DNA of 51,399 nucleotides from Candidatus Moraniibacteriota bacterium (GTDB lineage Bacteria; Patescibacteriota; Minisyncoccia; Moranbacterales; UBA1568): NCBI GenBank assembly GCA_037201605.1, contig JBBCGM010000006.1, positions 1 to 51,399 of the forward strand, read 5' to 3'. Shown piece by piece: positions 11,973 to 23,909 of this stretch (position 1 is its first letter; each line of letters starts with the position of its first letter). The notes under the pieces were generated by a model. It saw only the letters and a program-made list of their open reading frames with translations, ran no database searches and was not told where the DNA came from. The position numbers and the translations under genes were made by a program.

Positions 11973-12879
11973 ATGAATACCGAAGTATATGAGAGCATCA
12001 CCAAGCGCGTCGTCACCCTGCTTGAACAAGGCACTGTTCCCTGGCGGAAGCCGTGGAATGCAAAGACCGGGTGGCCCCGGAATTTCTGGACGAAGAGGCC
12101 GTATCGCGGCATCAACGTCTTCCTCTTGGCCCACGCAGCCTATGAGTCCCCGTACTGGCTCACGTATCGTCAGGCCTTCGAGCAGGGGCGGGTGCGTGCG
12201 CAAGAGTGAAAGGTCGCAGATGGTTCTCTTCTGGACCCAGAAGACCATTGAGGACGAGGAATCGGGTGAGGAACGGAAGGTTCCGCTTCTCCGCCTGTAT
12301 TCCCTCTTCAACGTCGCGCAGTGCGACGGGTTGAAGGAGGCACCGGAAACCGGCGAGACGCAGGATACGTGGGCGATCACCAAGCCGGGAGAGATCGTCG
12401 AGAAGATGCCCATGCCGCCGAAGATCAAACACGGCATGACCGAGTCCTTCTACAGCCCCCGCGAGGATTGCGTGAGCATGCCGATGCAGAAGCGGTTCGG
12501 GAAGAAGGAGGAATACTATTCCACCCTCTTCCACGAGCTCGTGCATTCGACGGGGCACGAGTCTCGGCTGAGACGTCCGAGCCTCGCCGAGAAGGCCGGC
12601 TTCGGCTCCGACCACTACTGCAAGGAGGAGTTGATCGCCGAGATGGGCGCGACCTTCCTCTGCGGGTATGCCGGAATCGTTGATCGGACCATTGATAACT
12701 CCGCGGCGTATGTCAAAGGCTGGCTTGAGCGACTGAAGGACGACAAAACCCTCATCGTGCAGGCCGCAGCCCAGGCGCAAAGGGCGGCGGACTTCATTCT
12801 TGGCGCCATGGGCACGGAGCCCAAAGCCGCCAGCATGGAGAACAGCCCGCAGCCGGAACCGATGGCAGTCGCGGCATGA
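11973..12879 (+). CDS. ardC: ArdC-like antirestriction ssDNA-binding/zincin protein (one frameshift)
   Basis: PWRKPW, RPYRGINVFLL, WLTYRQA, FNVAQCDG, STLFHELVHSTGH, EELIAEMG and SAAYVKGWL. Confidence 0.9.
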
Positions 12880-13347
12880 GGCCATTCAATCCCAAGGAGT
12901 ACAAGGTGGTATCCTTGCGGGAATGTCCCCTGCCGGAGTCGATGCAGGTATGCCAGGAACCGGAACATGCAGCCGCATATTGGCGGCTGCATGTGGCCAC
13001 CGATCCACGCTTCGATCCGGAGCGCGAATGCTTCGTGGTTCTCCTTCTGAATACCAAACGAAGGATCAAGGGGGCACCAGATCGTGTCCACGGGTACGCT
13101 CGATACAACCTCGGTGCATCCACGCGAGGTTTTCCGAGCAGCGGTAGTGGCAAGCGCCTCTGCAGTGATACTCATGCACAATCATCCTAGCGGCGACCCG
13201 ACGCCTTCGCAGGAAGACATAAAGGTGACGCGTGAATTGGTGCAGGCTGGACAGGTGATGCGTATAGATGTGCTTGATCACGTCATTGTCGGACAACCGG
13301 ACCAGGCGTCGTTGATGGATCTCGGATATTGTTTATACATTAAATAG
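12876..13347 (+). CDS. radC: RadC-like JAB domain protein (one frameshift)
   Basis: ERECFVVLLLNTK, VHPREVFR, ILMHNHPSGDPTPSQED and VLDHVIVG. Confidence 0.9.
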
Positions 13348-13354
13348 CACATAT

Positions 13355-13381
13355 AAGGTGATTTCAATATCACCTTTTTTT
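13355..13381 (+). terminator. Intrinsic terminator after radC
   Basis: AAGGTGAT-TTCAAT-ATCACCTT hairpin followed by a T run, just after the stop codon. Confidence 0.65.
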
Positions 13382-13567
13382 ATAAATGTATTACTTCAGA
13401 TTTCCGCATTGGATAACATACCAAATCGGGCCCCCGCCTTTACTCTTTGGCGTTGACTAATTTTCCAGAGCGTGGGCCAATCCAAACGCCGCTTTAATCT
13501 AATGTAGGATAATAATCAGAGGCAGATAACTGTTCTTCGAATATTAAACTCAACCAAGGATCATATC

Positions 13568-14184
13568 ATGGAAAATGAGCTATCGACCACTGCTAGCCGA
13601 AACTGTCGAAATCACACTAATAACCCGGAACTACACAAAGAGTCTGGGTTAACTAACGAACATTAACACATTTCCAAATTTGTTATTGTAGACTTCCAAA
13701 TAGCACTAATAATCGCATTGTCATTCCGGTTTTTGACCTACAAGGTAAGGTAGCTGCTTATGACGAATGGCTTCCTAATGCAGGCACGGAAAATCGTCTA
13801 TTCTCCTGTTGTCGCGATCTGTCATCTGTGGTTTTCAACCTTAATAATGCCTCACTGGAGTTTACTGCTAAACCCTTAGTAATCGTGGAGGACATTAAGG
13901 ATGTAATTAGATCATACGAGGCAGGATATAGAAACGTAGTTGCGTTGATGACAGGTACTCCATCACGACGGCAAGAGATGTTGATACTTCGTCATACCGA
14001 TCCTGGAAACCCAGTGTTATTTCTCACAAAAATGAAGCAGAGTGATTGCAATATAAGGAAGATGGGTATTGCAAGCTTTTCTACCAAAAGATTTGTGAAA
14101 ATCATGTCGTTTAATCCACCAACAAAATGTGCTGAACATCTGAGGATCGAACATATTAAGCGAATCCTAAAACATGCATATTAA
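13568..14184 (+). CDS. Degenerate primase-like (Toprim) protein or pseudogene
   Basis: NRIVIPVFDLQGKVAAY, VFNLNNA and LVIVEDIKDVIRSYEAGYRNVVALM parallel the primase catalytic core. The EGxxD glycine and DxD motif are absent, there is no zinc finger, and the DNA is AT-rich. Confidence 0.6.
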
Positions 14185-14209
14185 CTAATACGGTAAATAT
14201 CATAGCATT

Positions 14210-14237
14210 AAGCTCTTCTATCGAGGAAGAGCTTTTT
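14210..14237 (+). terminator. Intrinsic terminator between convergent genes
   Basis: AAGCTCTTC-TATCGAG-GAAGAGCTT followed by TTT. Confidence 0.65.
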
Positions 14238-14354
14238 ATTTGCCACAACCACAACAAAAGGAAACTATTAGTATGAGAGTAGATGCGCACAGAAGACTAG
14301 GAAGTTCTGGGCCAATATCTTGGACAGCACGTCGCTTGCTTAACAGGCTTAATT

Positions 14355-16332
14355 CTAAACAAGTTCTGAGGTTTCCGATTGAACAAACTTCCTACCTTTA
14401 AGCAGGAGTTCATCCAAGCTTTTAGTTCTATGATCTCCTATATAGTCTTCGAGGGAGACGGCATTTTGCCATTGTTTATAAAAATCTTTATGGCTTTCTT
14501 CAAATGCCTTTTTTTCTAAATCATTCTGAGGAATCCAATATCGCACTTTCATGATCGAATGTTCAATCATTTTTCGACCGTTTAACCATTCGTATTTACC
14601 ATGTGAAACGAAATTCAAGCAAAGGCAATTTTGAGGATTGGGCTTATTGCCGTTGGGCTTAGATCCAGATTCGAGATACGCCACAAGTTTGCCATTTTTT
14701 TCGAAATCCGCCAATTCCTGCTCGTCTTTGACTAGCTTAACCATAACTTTCAATGATCCTTTAGCAGATTCTTTCACAGTTCGTTCTGCCTCCAATTGGT
14801 ATTCTAAGATTTCCTGTTCACGTTCAATCAACTCATGAAAGGATTTATTAACGAGAAAAATGCGTTCGATTATAAGGCCTTTACGAGCCATATGCTTGTT
14901 CATTGTCAAAAAGCGCCCATTACTGCCAAGATTACTGTTTGTCCAATAACTAGGAAAGGTCATCGTGCGGTATATATTTCCTTCTTGTGCTCCTGCCAAA
15001 AGACGACAAAGACTTGTTACCAAGAGATCGCGGTGTCCGTAGATTTCGTAATGACCGCGTTGCATTCTTTCCGCATCTTCAACCGCCTTGTCCGTCCAGC
15101 CTCTCAGCAAACTATCAAAAAGATGGTTCAGGCGGCTTCCTTGGGGCAATCCCGCAACGGCACGAACTGCTTCACTAGCAGTTTCCTTCGATGGCGGTGG
15201 CTTTGATGCAATATCACTTAATAGCTTGTAAATCTTGATATTGTCGCTGGTCGCCGCCTGCCGCCTGTTGCGTGGCTTCGAGTTGTGCTTGCCCGTTGCC
15301 TGCTCGGCGATTTCTAGGGCCTCGATTAGTTCCTCAGCGCATGAAAAGCGATCTTCTGGCTTATACCTCAGACATCTATCAAGTATTTTTAATATATTTT
15401 CATTTTGTTTAAACAATCGCTTTGGGTTTTTATAACCTCCGGTTCTATCCGATAATTTATCATAGATGTGCTCTTTTAAACGATTTGCATCGCGTGGAAG
15501 CGGGTCATCTGGTCCATTTGGAATGCTGCCCGTAGCGAACTGATACAGGATGGCCCCAATAGAATATATATCAACAGGAAACCAAAGCGCTCCTAGATTT
15601 TCAAGTTCGGCGCACTCTGGCGCGCGGTAGCATTGGTCGGTGTCTGAAACTTTGTGGGTAGGTGAATGATGCCCAGAATCGCAAAAAGAAGAGTAACCGA
15701 AACCAACGATAATATACTTTCCATTGTTACTTCGAATTATATTCCGTGGCACTAAAAAGGAGTGCAGCACGCCTTCGTTATGAATCAACTGAACGACTCG
15801 AGTAAGCCCCTTTGCAAAAGTGAGAAAGGAATGCGCTGTTTTCTTGTCACTATTTTTAAGTGTATTAGATAAATCGGGGCCTGGAATATAATCGTATATA
15901 AGCCCTGGGAGGTCTATAAATTGATTGTGACTAAAACACATTGGGGTTGCACAATATGCCACCGGACGTGCAACCGAGAACGTAGAGGATTCGCACCGAT
16001 CTATAATATCTTGAAATATGGGGTGCTTTGCGAACTCGTCTTCAAATCGCTTTTGCATCAGGCCATAGTGATCTTGAAGACTTTCAGATTTGGTTGCCTG
16101 TCGCTCGAAAGGAAGCCGGGAGGAATCTTCAAGAAGAAGTGTTGTTTCTGGATGTTTATATCTAACGACAATCCAAATTGACCTCGTTCAGTAATATTTT
16201 TGCATGAGCTGATTGTCACTTCTTGCGGAGTGATCTGCCAAGAAGCAGGTATTGCTTCGAGATGCTGTTGTTGGTTTTTATGATTGTGATCGTTGCGCCT
16301 TTTAGCTCTTCAGGTGATGGATCTACATTCAT
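14355..16332 (-). CDS. Ser/Thr kinase-fold protein, probable pseudokinase, with unknown C-terminal domain (frameshifted near N-terminus)
   Basis: ERGQFG and FLKIP lie upstream of ORF 14355..16058. LIYDYIPG, YRAPE, DIYSIGAILY and RCLRYKPEDRF are present. The catalytic loop reads LHSFLVPRN and the DFG position reads GFG. Confidence 0.8.
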
Positions 16333-16344
16333 ATAGTAAGTAAA

Positions 16345-17247
16345 TTAGTATCTTTCTAGAATATAATTAGCGGCCCGTCCTACACCTATCAAATCAGGAA
16401 AAAGATTGCGCGAGTGGATGTTCATTAAATCTAAATCAGCTAGGCATTCTTTGCGTGCCTTATTGCGAATCATAAAACGCAGTAGAATGGGGAGGTCTGG
16501 CTTATTTATGTAATTATCAATCACCCATTTTTCTATAGATAAGTGGCTTGGAGAAAATGTAAACAAACCGGATTGGCCAATTAATCTGGGGTTCCTATGT
16601 CCCATTGATTCAAAGAACATGATTCCATTCTCTTTAATAACACTCGTAGGCGGGGCCCGGCGCTCAATGATGGTACGGTTTAAAGCGTAGACAACCCTGC
16701 AGCCTTCGTCGTCTATTCGACTGTCTAATTCCTCAAATGCAAAAAATAAAGCGACTTGAGGCGAGCGAGACCAATCCAAAAGAGGGGTGGAAAGTTCGTG
16801 ATGCTGCCCTTGGGCAAATAATTCAAAAACGAGCCGCCGCTGTTCATTTCCCAAACCGTTCAAAATATCTGCAAAGGGCCTTTGATTTCCGCTAAACTCG
16901 CGTCAAGTGATTCCAGAAGTCCCAGATAGTGGCCACTTAATTCTTCTACCCCTCGAAGCTCCATTAAATAATTCTGAACTTGCCGGGCTGTCAAATAGGA
17001 CGCAGTTTAAAACCCACTCATCGTATTGCAACCCTCGCTGACGTGATTGCAGTTGGCGCGTGAGCCTTGATATCAGATGCCAGTTCGGCTCTCGACACCC
17101 TCGCCAAACATAATCCCTGTTGTTACGAAATGCAGGCACAACATACGCCAAAAAGTCTTTGTAGCTGGTAAATTCGAAGGTATGAAAACCATGGCCAGAA
17201 CGTTTGATTTTTGGTGGATTGACACCTCTGAGATTATGATGTTCCAT
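16345..17247 (-). CDS. FRG domain protein (frameshifted)
   Basis: YVWRG, GQHHELSTPLLDWSRSPQVALFFAF, NPRLIGQSGLFT and MNIHSRNLFPDL. Confidence 0.85.
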
Positions 17248-17519
17248 ATTAGCTAAGAGTCGGTTTCAGTTTGCGATATTAACTCAGTGCGAATGCGAGC
17301 TTTTGACTAAAGGTCATACTGAACTATTCGAAGGGTTTCGCCCAGAGAATTCTGTTGAGCCATTTACGCTTAATTCGTGACATACGGGCTAATTCATCTG
17401 GAGAATTTTACAACACTTTTCAGGATGCTAACGGACGGATTATAGAATATGCCTCCTTAGGATTGTCAAATGAAGCCTCCATGGAAGCGCCTGGTTGGGT
17501 CGAATTCTGGTGAAACATT

Positions 17520-18789
17520 ATGTCTACTTCCATTTGGCGTGGTACATCCCCCCGCATGTTTCTAAAGTGGGCGCTTCCATTTGTGGTGCTTGTCACTTAC
17601 CAGTTTTGTTCAGCGCAGGAAGAGGATAATACTAGCGATTTTTATGCGACAGCAACTAACCAACACAATACCGAGTATATCTTGGCTTGCCAAAAAGCAA
17701 CTCCCCCCGAGCAGGAAGCTTTGATCCGGGCGGAATTGGCCTGGACAGATTTTTCCGACAAGGAGAAATCACTCGCGAACGCGCTCGAAAGCGGGAATCT
17801 TATCTCAAGCGACTACGCGCGCTGGCACGGGCTCGCTGTCGTCGATGCGCGAACCGCTCATCTCAGGTCATTCTTCATCGATTACAATATCAACTACCCG
17901 CCTCAGTACACCCCCGAAAACCGGGACAGAGTCCTGAATGAAACCTATGCTAAATTCATGCTTCGGATGCCCAAGACCGATCAGGCGCTCCTTCGCTCGT
18001 CCGAAACCGCTTGGATCGCATACCGCGACGCCGATATCGCCGCCGCGCGGGCGGGTTCCGACAGCCCGAAATGGAGGGATGCGGCGCTGATACAGCTCGC
18101 GGAGACGCGCATCGAGGAGATTGCCTCCATGATGCAAGCATTGAGCCAGGCTACCCTGCCGCCTGTTCCTGCCCAAGCTGAGCCATCGCCGCCGCCCCAA
18201 GGCGAATTGCCCGCCCCCGGAAGACGTGAAAGCCTTGGCTCAATTCCAAGCTGACGCGAAAGCTCTTTTGGAAACGCTTCTCGCGAGAAAGGACGAGCCG
18301 CTTTTCAGGAAGGCGAAAGCGCTAATGAATGCGCCGGAACTGTCCGATGATGCCTCGAGGCAAGTTTCAAAACTGGATGCAAGGTACGCCGAGCTTTTGA
18401 ACAAGCATTATGCGGACAGATTTCTCGAGCATGTTTCCAACGAGGCAGCCGCTGTCGAGCTTCTGGTCTCATGGTCGGAATTCACGCGAAGCCTCAAGGC
18501 CGGCGAGGTGGCCATGTCCGAATTGGCAATTCAGAAGGCCGTGGGCCTAAAGCCGAAAACTATTGCTCCGGAATATCACCCGCTCTGGCAATCCGTCGGG
18601 AATTGGCACGCCCTGTTTACTGCGGAGGAAGCCAAATATTACGAGCACCTGGACAAGGGGAATTCGCTCGCAGATCGTGGAAGAAATGCCGCCGCCATCA
18701 GGGAATTTCAGGCCGCATACGACATCATCCAGAATCCGAGCATCGCGGAGCGGATCAAGAAACTCAACGAGCAGTCTCTCGGCCTATGA
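17520..18789 (+). CDS. Exported helical protein with LprI/DUF1311-like segment and C-terminal TPR-like repeat (one frameshift)
   Basis: Signal-like N-terminus. VLNETYAKFM...LLRSSETAWIAYRDAD resembles LprI. A Pro-rich linker follows, then HLDKGNSLADRGRNAAAIREFQAAY. Confidence 0.55.
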
Positions 18790-20438
18790 ACCTGATCCTC
18801 GCCTTCATTCGGCATGTCCTCTGCCGGTTCGCCAAAACCTTCGGATGCATTTTCCTGGTGGCTGGGTTTGCCGTCGCGGCATGGCTGTACCAACTGAGGG
18901 TTTCCATGGTCGAAGCGGCTCGCTATCATCCGTCCAGCCTTCTTGAAGAACGCCTCAACAGGTTGCAATCCACCTATGGAGATTCCCAGCGACTGGTGAT
19001 GCAATTTAAGGACGCGGCAGATTTCCCGGCGAACTATTCTGCCGCCTCCTTCAAGCCCAATTTTCCTTCGCAGTTTTCAACCGCGAAGGACTTTCAAGAC
19101 CTCCATGCCCAGCTTGCGCAGGTCTCAAAAGGCAAGGATGAGATGAAACGGTTTCTGACGGATCACGTTGATTTCCTCTTGAACGACATCCAGCAGAAGC
19201 TCCTCATCCACGCCGCCTCCCTGGCATCCCCTGCGCCGCAACCGCAGAAAGCAGCGCCACAGGTGAACAATGCGCCGGAGTTTGGTCTGTACGATGCCCA
19301 AGTCGCCGTCTCCGATATTGAGTCCCGCAAATCGACACTAGACGATGCTAAACAGTATCTCGGCGTGATAGGGTCTTCCGCAGAAGATCCCGATAACAAA
19401 AAGACGCTCGCCGATTCGATTGCCGAAATCGATGCGCTGGCAAAACTATTTCCATCCCCCAACCCGGCAGCTTCGCTGCCTCAACCCGCTCCACTCGCCA
19501 TTGATGTAAAAGAGCCTTTGAATGCCGAGAAGGCCGCCGCACGTATCGCTCAAATCCGCAGCCGCATCAGACGAGCTGTTCTCTCGTCATGGGCACTGGA
19601 TCAGGCTGCCGGTCAGGCAATACAGGTCGCTGACGAGGAGCAGGCCAAGTTCCTCGCAGCCGAATTCAGGGCGAAACAACTCAACGAGGAGTTACGCATC
19701 CAAATGGCTTTGGCCGTCACTGCCGGCATGGCGCTTGGCGTGTTTTTCCTGCTCATTGGCGACTGGACGCAAAAGTCCTCGACCGAATTGCTCGCCGATC
19801 CTTGGTGCCAGTTGATCGAAAATTTCAACGCATCTCCGAAAGATGTCTATGCGGCCGTTGAGAAGTCGGTTGCGGCACGGAATATTCCCGGACTCGAAAC
19901 AACCCATGAATTCTGGCACGAGGGCGGCGCCATCTCGGCCCAACGGGAATACCTATGTTTTGCTCGCGAGCGGCTGGTCTTTGAAATTTGTGCGGCACCC
20001 TTCGGAACCGGCTTCTTCCTCTCCTTCCGTGCCGCCGTCGTTCCGCTGATCATTGATCCTCTTGCGATATTCTGCTTTCTCATTGTCGTCGGCGCGGCGT
20101 TGGGCGCCTTGGTCAGCGTATTAGGACTCGTATGGGGACCGATCATTCTTGTTTTTGCCCTGTGCGTTCTCCTCTATCTCTTGCGCGCCCTCATCGCCCG
20201 AGGCCTTGCCGATGTCGATCGCTTCCTGATGAAGACCCCGCTTCTCGGCCCCCTCTACGAACTATTCTTGCGTCACGACACATACTACCGGCTCGATACC
20301 AGGGCCATGTACGTGCAGGCGGTGCAGAATGCGGTGTCGGAAGCCTTCCACAGCATGTTCGGAGATCAGAAAGTCGATCTCTTGCCGGGAACGGTATCGA
20401 AGCCCGTCTTGGAAGCGATCTATCGCAGGCGATTTTGA
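18786..20438 (+). CDS. Membrane protein of unknown function upstream of the coupling ATPase
   Basis: The ATG at 18786 overlaps the previous stop. N-terminal TM segment, long helical region, second TM, then EGGAISAQREYL...CAAPFGTGFF and two more TM segments. Confidence 0.7.
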   Translation: MNLILAFIRHVLCRFAKTFGCIFLVAGFAVAAWLYQLRVSMVEAARYHPSSLLEERLNRLQSTYGDSQRLVMQFKDAADFPANYSAASFKPNFPSQFSTAKDFQDLHAQLAQVSKGKDEMKRFLTDHVDFLLNDIQQKLLIHAASLASPAPQPQKAAPQVNNAPEFGLYDAQVAVSDIESRKSTLDDAKQYLGVIGSSAEDPDNKKTLADSIAEIDALAKLFPSPNPAASLPQPAPLAIDVKEPLNAEKAAARIAQIRSRIRRAVLSSWALDQAAGQAIQVADEEQAKFLAAEFRAKQLNEELRIQMALAVTAGMALGVFFLLIGDWTQKSSTELLADPWCQLIENFNASPKDVYAAVEKSVAARNIPGLETTHEFWHEGGAISAQREYLCFARERLVFEICAAPFGTGFFLSFRAAVVPLIIDPLAIFCFLIVVGAALGALVSVLGLVWGPIILVFALCVLLYLLRALIARGLADVDRFLMKTPLLGPLYELFLRHDTYYRLDTRAMYVQAVQNAVSEAFHSMFGDQKVDLLPGTVSKPVLEAIYRRRF

Positions 20439-20453
20439 CACCCGGGGAACCAA

Positions 20454-23400
20454 ATGGGGCAGGAATCAAAAGAGTGGCGGCAAGAAAGGCTGACCGAACA
20501 GTTTCACCAATGGGAACTGCGCGGGCGCGGCTGGCAGGTCTTCCCCACTCCCGTTGCGCCCGAGCCGCCCTTTCAACCATTCGAAGGACCTTGGCTCCCT
20601 TTTTCGCCCTCCATTGACGACGGCAGAAAGCCGACCATTCTCAGTTCATTCGTTGACCGCGTCCGCCAGCGAGTTAGCCTGGAAATTCCCGCCGAGGAAA
20701 ACCGGATAGGACCACAGGAGCCCGAACCGGAATGGCTGGAGCGGGACGAACTCGCGGAAGTGCAGGTCATCCTCCCGGCCAATGCAAAGCCTTCGCCGGA
20801 CATGCTGGTGCAATTCCTGGCGGGCCTTTCCCACAGCCGAGAGCCGCTTGCGTTCGAGGTACTGGGAACTTTCGACGCCATCATAACCCGGTTCGTCGCA
20901 CACCCGCAGGATGCCGTACCCCTACAGCGGCATTTGCAGGCTCATTTCCGGCGGCCACGGTCTTGCCCGGAGGCAATACGCTGGAAAGCGTCTGGCAGGC
21001 GCAGCCAAACGCGGAAACGGCCATCGTGGAATTCGGTCTGGATCGCGAATTCATACTATCGCTCGCGACTGACTCGGGGGATCTTCTTGTTGGTCTCACT
21101 GCTGCTTTGGCGGAACTGCAAGCCGACGAGCTTGGGTTGCTTCAGGTTATCTTCCAGCCCGTGCAACATCCGTGGGCCGAAAGCATGCTGCGTTCGGTAT
21201 CGGACCGCGACGGCAAGCCTTTCTTCGCCAATCGCCCCGAACTGGTTGCCGCAGCCCAGCGAAAATCCTCGGAACCTCTGTATGCCGCAGTCATCCGTAT
21301 CGCCGCGCAAAGCCCCGACCTCGACCGCGCATGGGCAATCGTCCGCGAAATGTCCGCGCCCTTGGGTGGCCTTGCGCTGGTAGGAGGCAACGAGCTCATT
21401 CCCCTGCGTAACGACGGCTATCCTCCGCTCGAACACGAGGAAGACGTAGTGCGCCGCCAGTCGAGGCGTTGCGGCATGATTCTCAACCGTGAGGAACTGC
21501 TCGCTTTGGTGCACCTTCCGTCGGCTGCGGTCGCGTCACCCAAACTGGTCCGGGAAAAGGGAAACTCCAGGCCCGCGCCCGCCGCCGTGCGACGCGACAC
21601 CGGTGTCCTTCTCGGTCACAACGCCCACGCGGGACAGACGTGCGAGGTTCGCCTGTCGCCCGAGCAGCGCGTCCGACACACCCACATTATCGGCGCATCG
21701 GGCACCGGGAAGTCCACCCTACTTTTCAACTTAATCCGGCAGGACATTGAAAAAGGCGAAGGCTTGGGCGTGCTCGATCCCCACGGCGATCTCATCGATC
21801 AGGTCCTCGGTATAATTCCCGCCCACCGCATCGACGACGTGGTGCTGCTCGACCTTTCCGACGAGGAATATTCCGTTCCGTTCAACATCCTGTCGGCCCA
21901 CTCGGACTTGGAAAAGGACGCTTCTGGCTTCCGATCTCGCTTCGGTGTTCAAGCGTCTCTCGACCAGTTGGGGCGACCAGATGCACTCGGTGCTGAGTAA
22001 TTCGATCATGGCTTTCCTTGAAAGCAGCCAAGGGGGGGACCATTGCCGACATGCGGCGGTTTCTTCTCGATACGAGGTTTCGGGAACAATTCCTCCAGAC
22101 CGTCTCCGATCCCGAAGTCGTATATTACTGGCGTCATGCCTTTCCGCAGTTGGGCGGCAACAAGTCCATAGGTCCCTTGATGACGCGCTTGGAAATGTTT
22201 CTTGGCCAGAAGCCCATCCGGTACATGGTCTCCCAGCCCCAAAACCGGCTCGACTTTGCCGACATCATGGATACGGGCAAAATCTTTCTCGCGAAGCTCC
22301 CCCAGGGACAGATCGGCAAAGAGAACGCCTACCTCCTCGGTTCCCTCCTCATGTCCAAGTTCCAGCAGCAGGCCATGAGCAGGCAGGCGATAACCCGAGG
22401 TGACCGACGCCCTTTCTGGCTCTATGCCGACGAGGCTCACAATTTCTTCACCCCTTCCATGGCGGAAATCCTCACGGGCGCGAGAAAGTACAACATGGGA
22501 CTGATCCTCGCCCATCAGGAACTGCGGCAGTTGCAGCAAGATTCGGATGTGGCCGGATCAGTCCTGTCCAATGCCGGCACGCGCATCGTCTTCCGGGTCG
22601 GGGATGCCGACGCCAGGGCGCTTGCCGAAGGGTTCATGAGCTTCGATGCCGACAGCCTGCGAAAGCTTGGTACCGGCGAAGCCATCTGCCGGGTCGAACG
22701 GAGCGACTTTGATTTCAATCTCCGGGTGTCATCTGCGGAAGATGTGCCGGATTCAGAACAAGCAGAGGCCATACGAAAGCAGGTAATCGCTTCTTCCCGC
22801 GCGCGATATGCCACGCCGCGTGCAAAGGTTCAGGCGACGGAAATGAAGCGGTTTGAAGCGCTGGCGGAATCCGAAGCGAAACCCACCGCGCGGGAAAAGA
22901 TTTCCAAACCAGAACCGACTCGCCGGAAGCTATAGTTCCGCCTCCCGTTATTCCTGCCGCACCACCGGAACCAGTCGAGACGCCTACGGAGGCTACGAAA
23001 CCTGTCGTGAAAAATCCCGCACCGCCCGCCCACATGGGGCGTGGCGGAGCGCAGCACCAATCAATTCAAAAAAGGCTCAAAACAATAGCCGAAGAACTCG
23101 GCTTCCGGGCCACGATCGAAAAGCCGGTCCTCGACGGCGAGGGCAGCGTCGATCTTGCCTTGGAAAAAGACGGCTATGCGCTCGCGTGCGAAATCACCAT
23201 CACGACCACCATCGACCACGAGTTCGGAAATATACAGAAATGCATCAAGGCGGGGTTTGCAGCAGTGGCAGTGATCTCCCCGAAAGCGGAGCGGCTGCGG
23301 CAAATTGAAGAGGCAGTAAGGGCAGGCTTGGACTCGCAAGCATCGGTCCTCGTCCATTACTTCACGTCCGACCAGTTTATCGCGTGGCTTCGCGATCTGG

Positions 23401-23570
23401 CACCGACGCTTGCGCCCCCGCCTGCTTCCCCTCCGATTCCTTCCGAGCGGACCACGCGCGGGTACTTGATCCGCCGCAACGCGGCGAAGCTCACGGAAGA
23501 GGAACGTAAAGCCAAGGAGGAAATGGCTCTGAAAGCCATCGCCGCGTCGATGAAGAAGCCTCGGAAATAG
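20454..23570 (+). CDS. Large VirD4/TraD-like coupling ATPase with C-terminal nuclease-like domain (frameshifted)
   Basis: RHTHIIGASGTGKS (Walker A), LDPHGDL, LYADEAH (Walker B), GARKYNMGLILAHQ and NAGTRIVFRVG. Then a Pro-rich linker and a tail with IEKPV..SVDLALE..ACEI. Confidence 0.85.
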
Positions 23571-23573
23571 GAC

Positions 23574-23810
23574 TCACTTTTTCCTCACGTAATACACCGG
23601 CCCGACAACCTCTTGATTAGAATACGCCTCGATCATGCGGATGCGCAGCTTGTGGAGCGGCAGTTCCGGCTTCTCTTCCGCGTTGTAGACGGCAGCCGGC
23701 GAAACGCCCAGTTCGCGGGCCACTTGGACCTTTCGCTTCCCTGCGGCAATCCGCGCCTTCTTGGCGAGAGCCGCGAAATCGGATTCAACAAGAAACGTCT
23801 TTTTTGCCAT
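23574..23810 (-). CDS. XRE-family HTH regulator
   Basis: LAKKARIAAGKRKVQVARELGVSPAAVYNAE. Transcribed divergently from the recombinase. Confidence 0.75.
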   Translation of the reverse strand: MAKKTFLVESDFAALAKKARIAAGKRKVQVARELGVSPAAVYNAEEKPELPLHKLRIRMIEAYSNQEVVGPVYYVRKK

Positions 23811-23909
23811 ATCAAAAAATAACAGGTAATTTACTAAAACAGTTGCTTTTGTCTTGTCGTTCGAGACGCGAGATGATAAACAAATGCGTCCTCAAACCGA
23901 AAGGAATTC

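Noticed and set aside
12160-13181. Long minus-strand ORFs opposite ardC/radC (likewise opposite the recombinase and RCC1 genes)
   Set aside because: These are shadow ORFs caused by high GC at third codon positions. The opposite strand carries clear family motifs.
18471-18785. Extended N-terminus of the 655-aa ORF
   Set aside because: It overlaps the upstream gene in another frame. The ATG at 18786, which precedes a TM helix and overlaps the upstream stop, is the better start.
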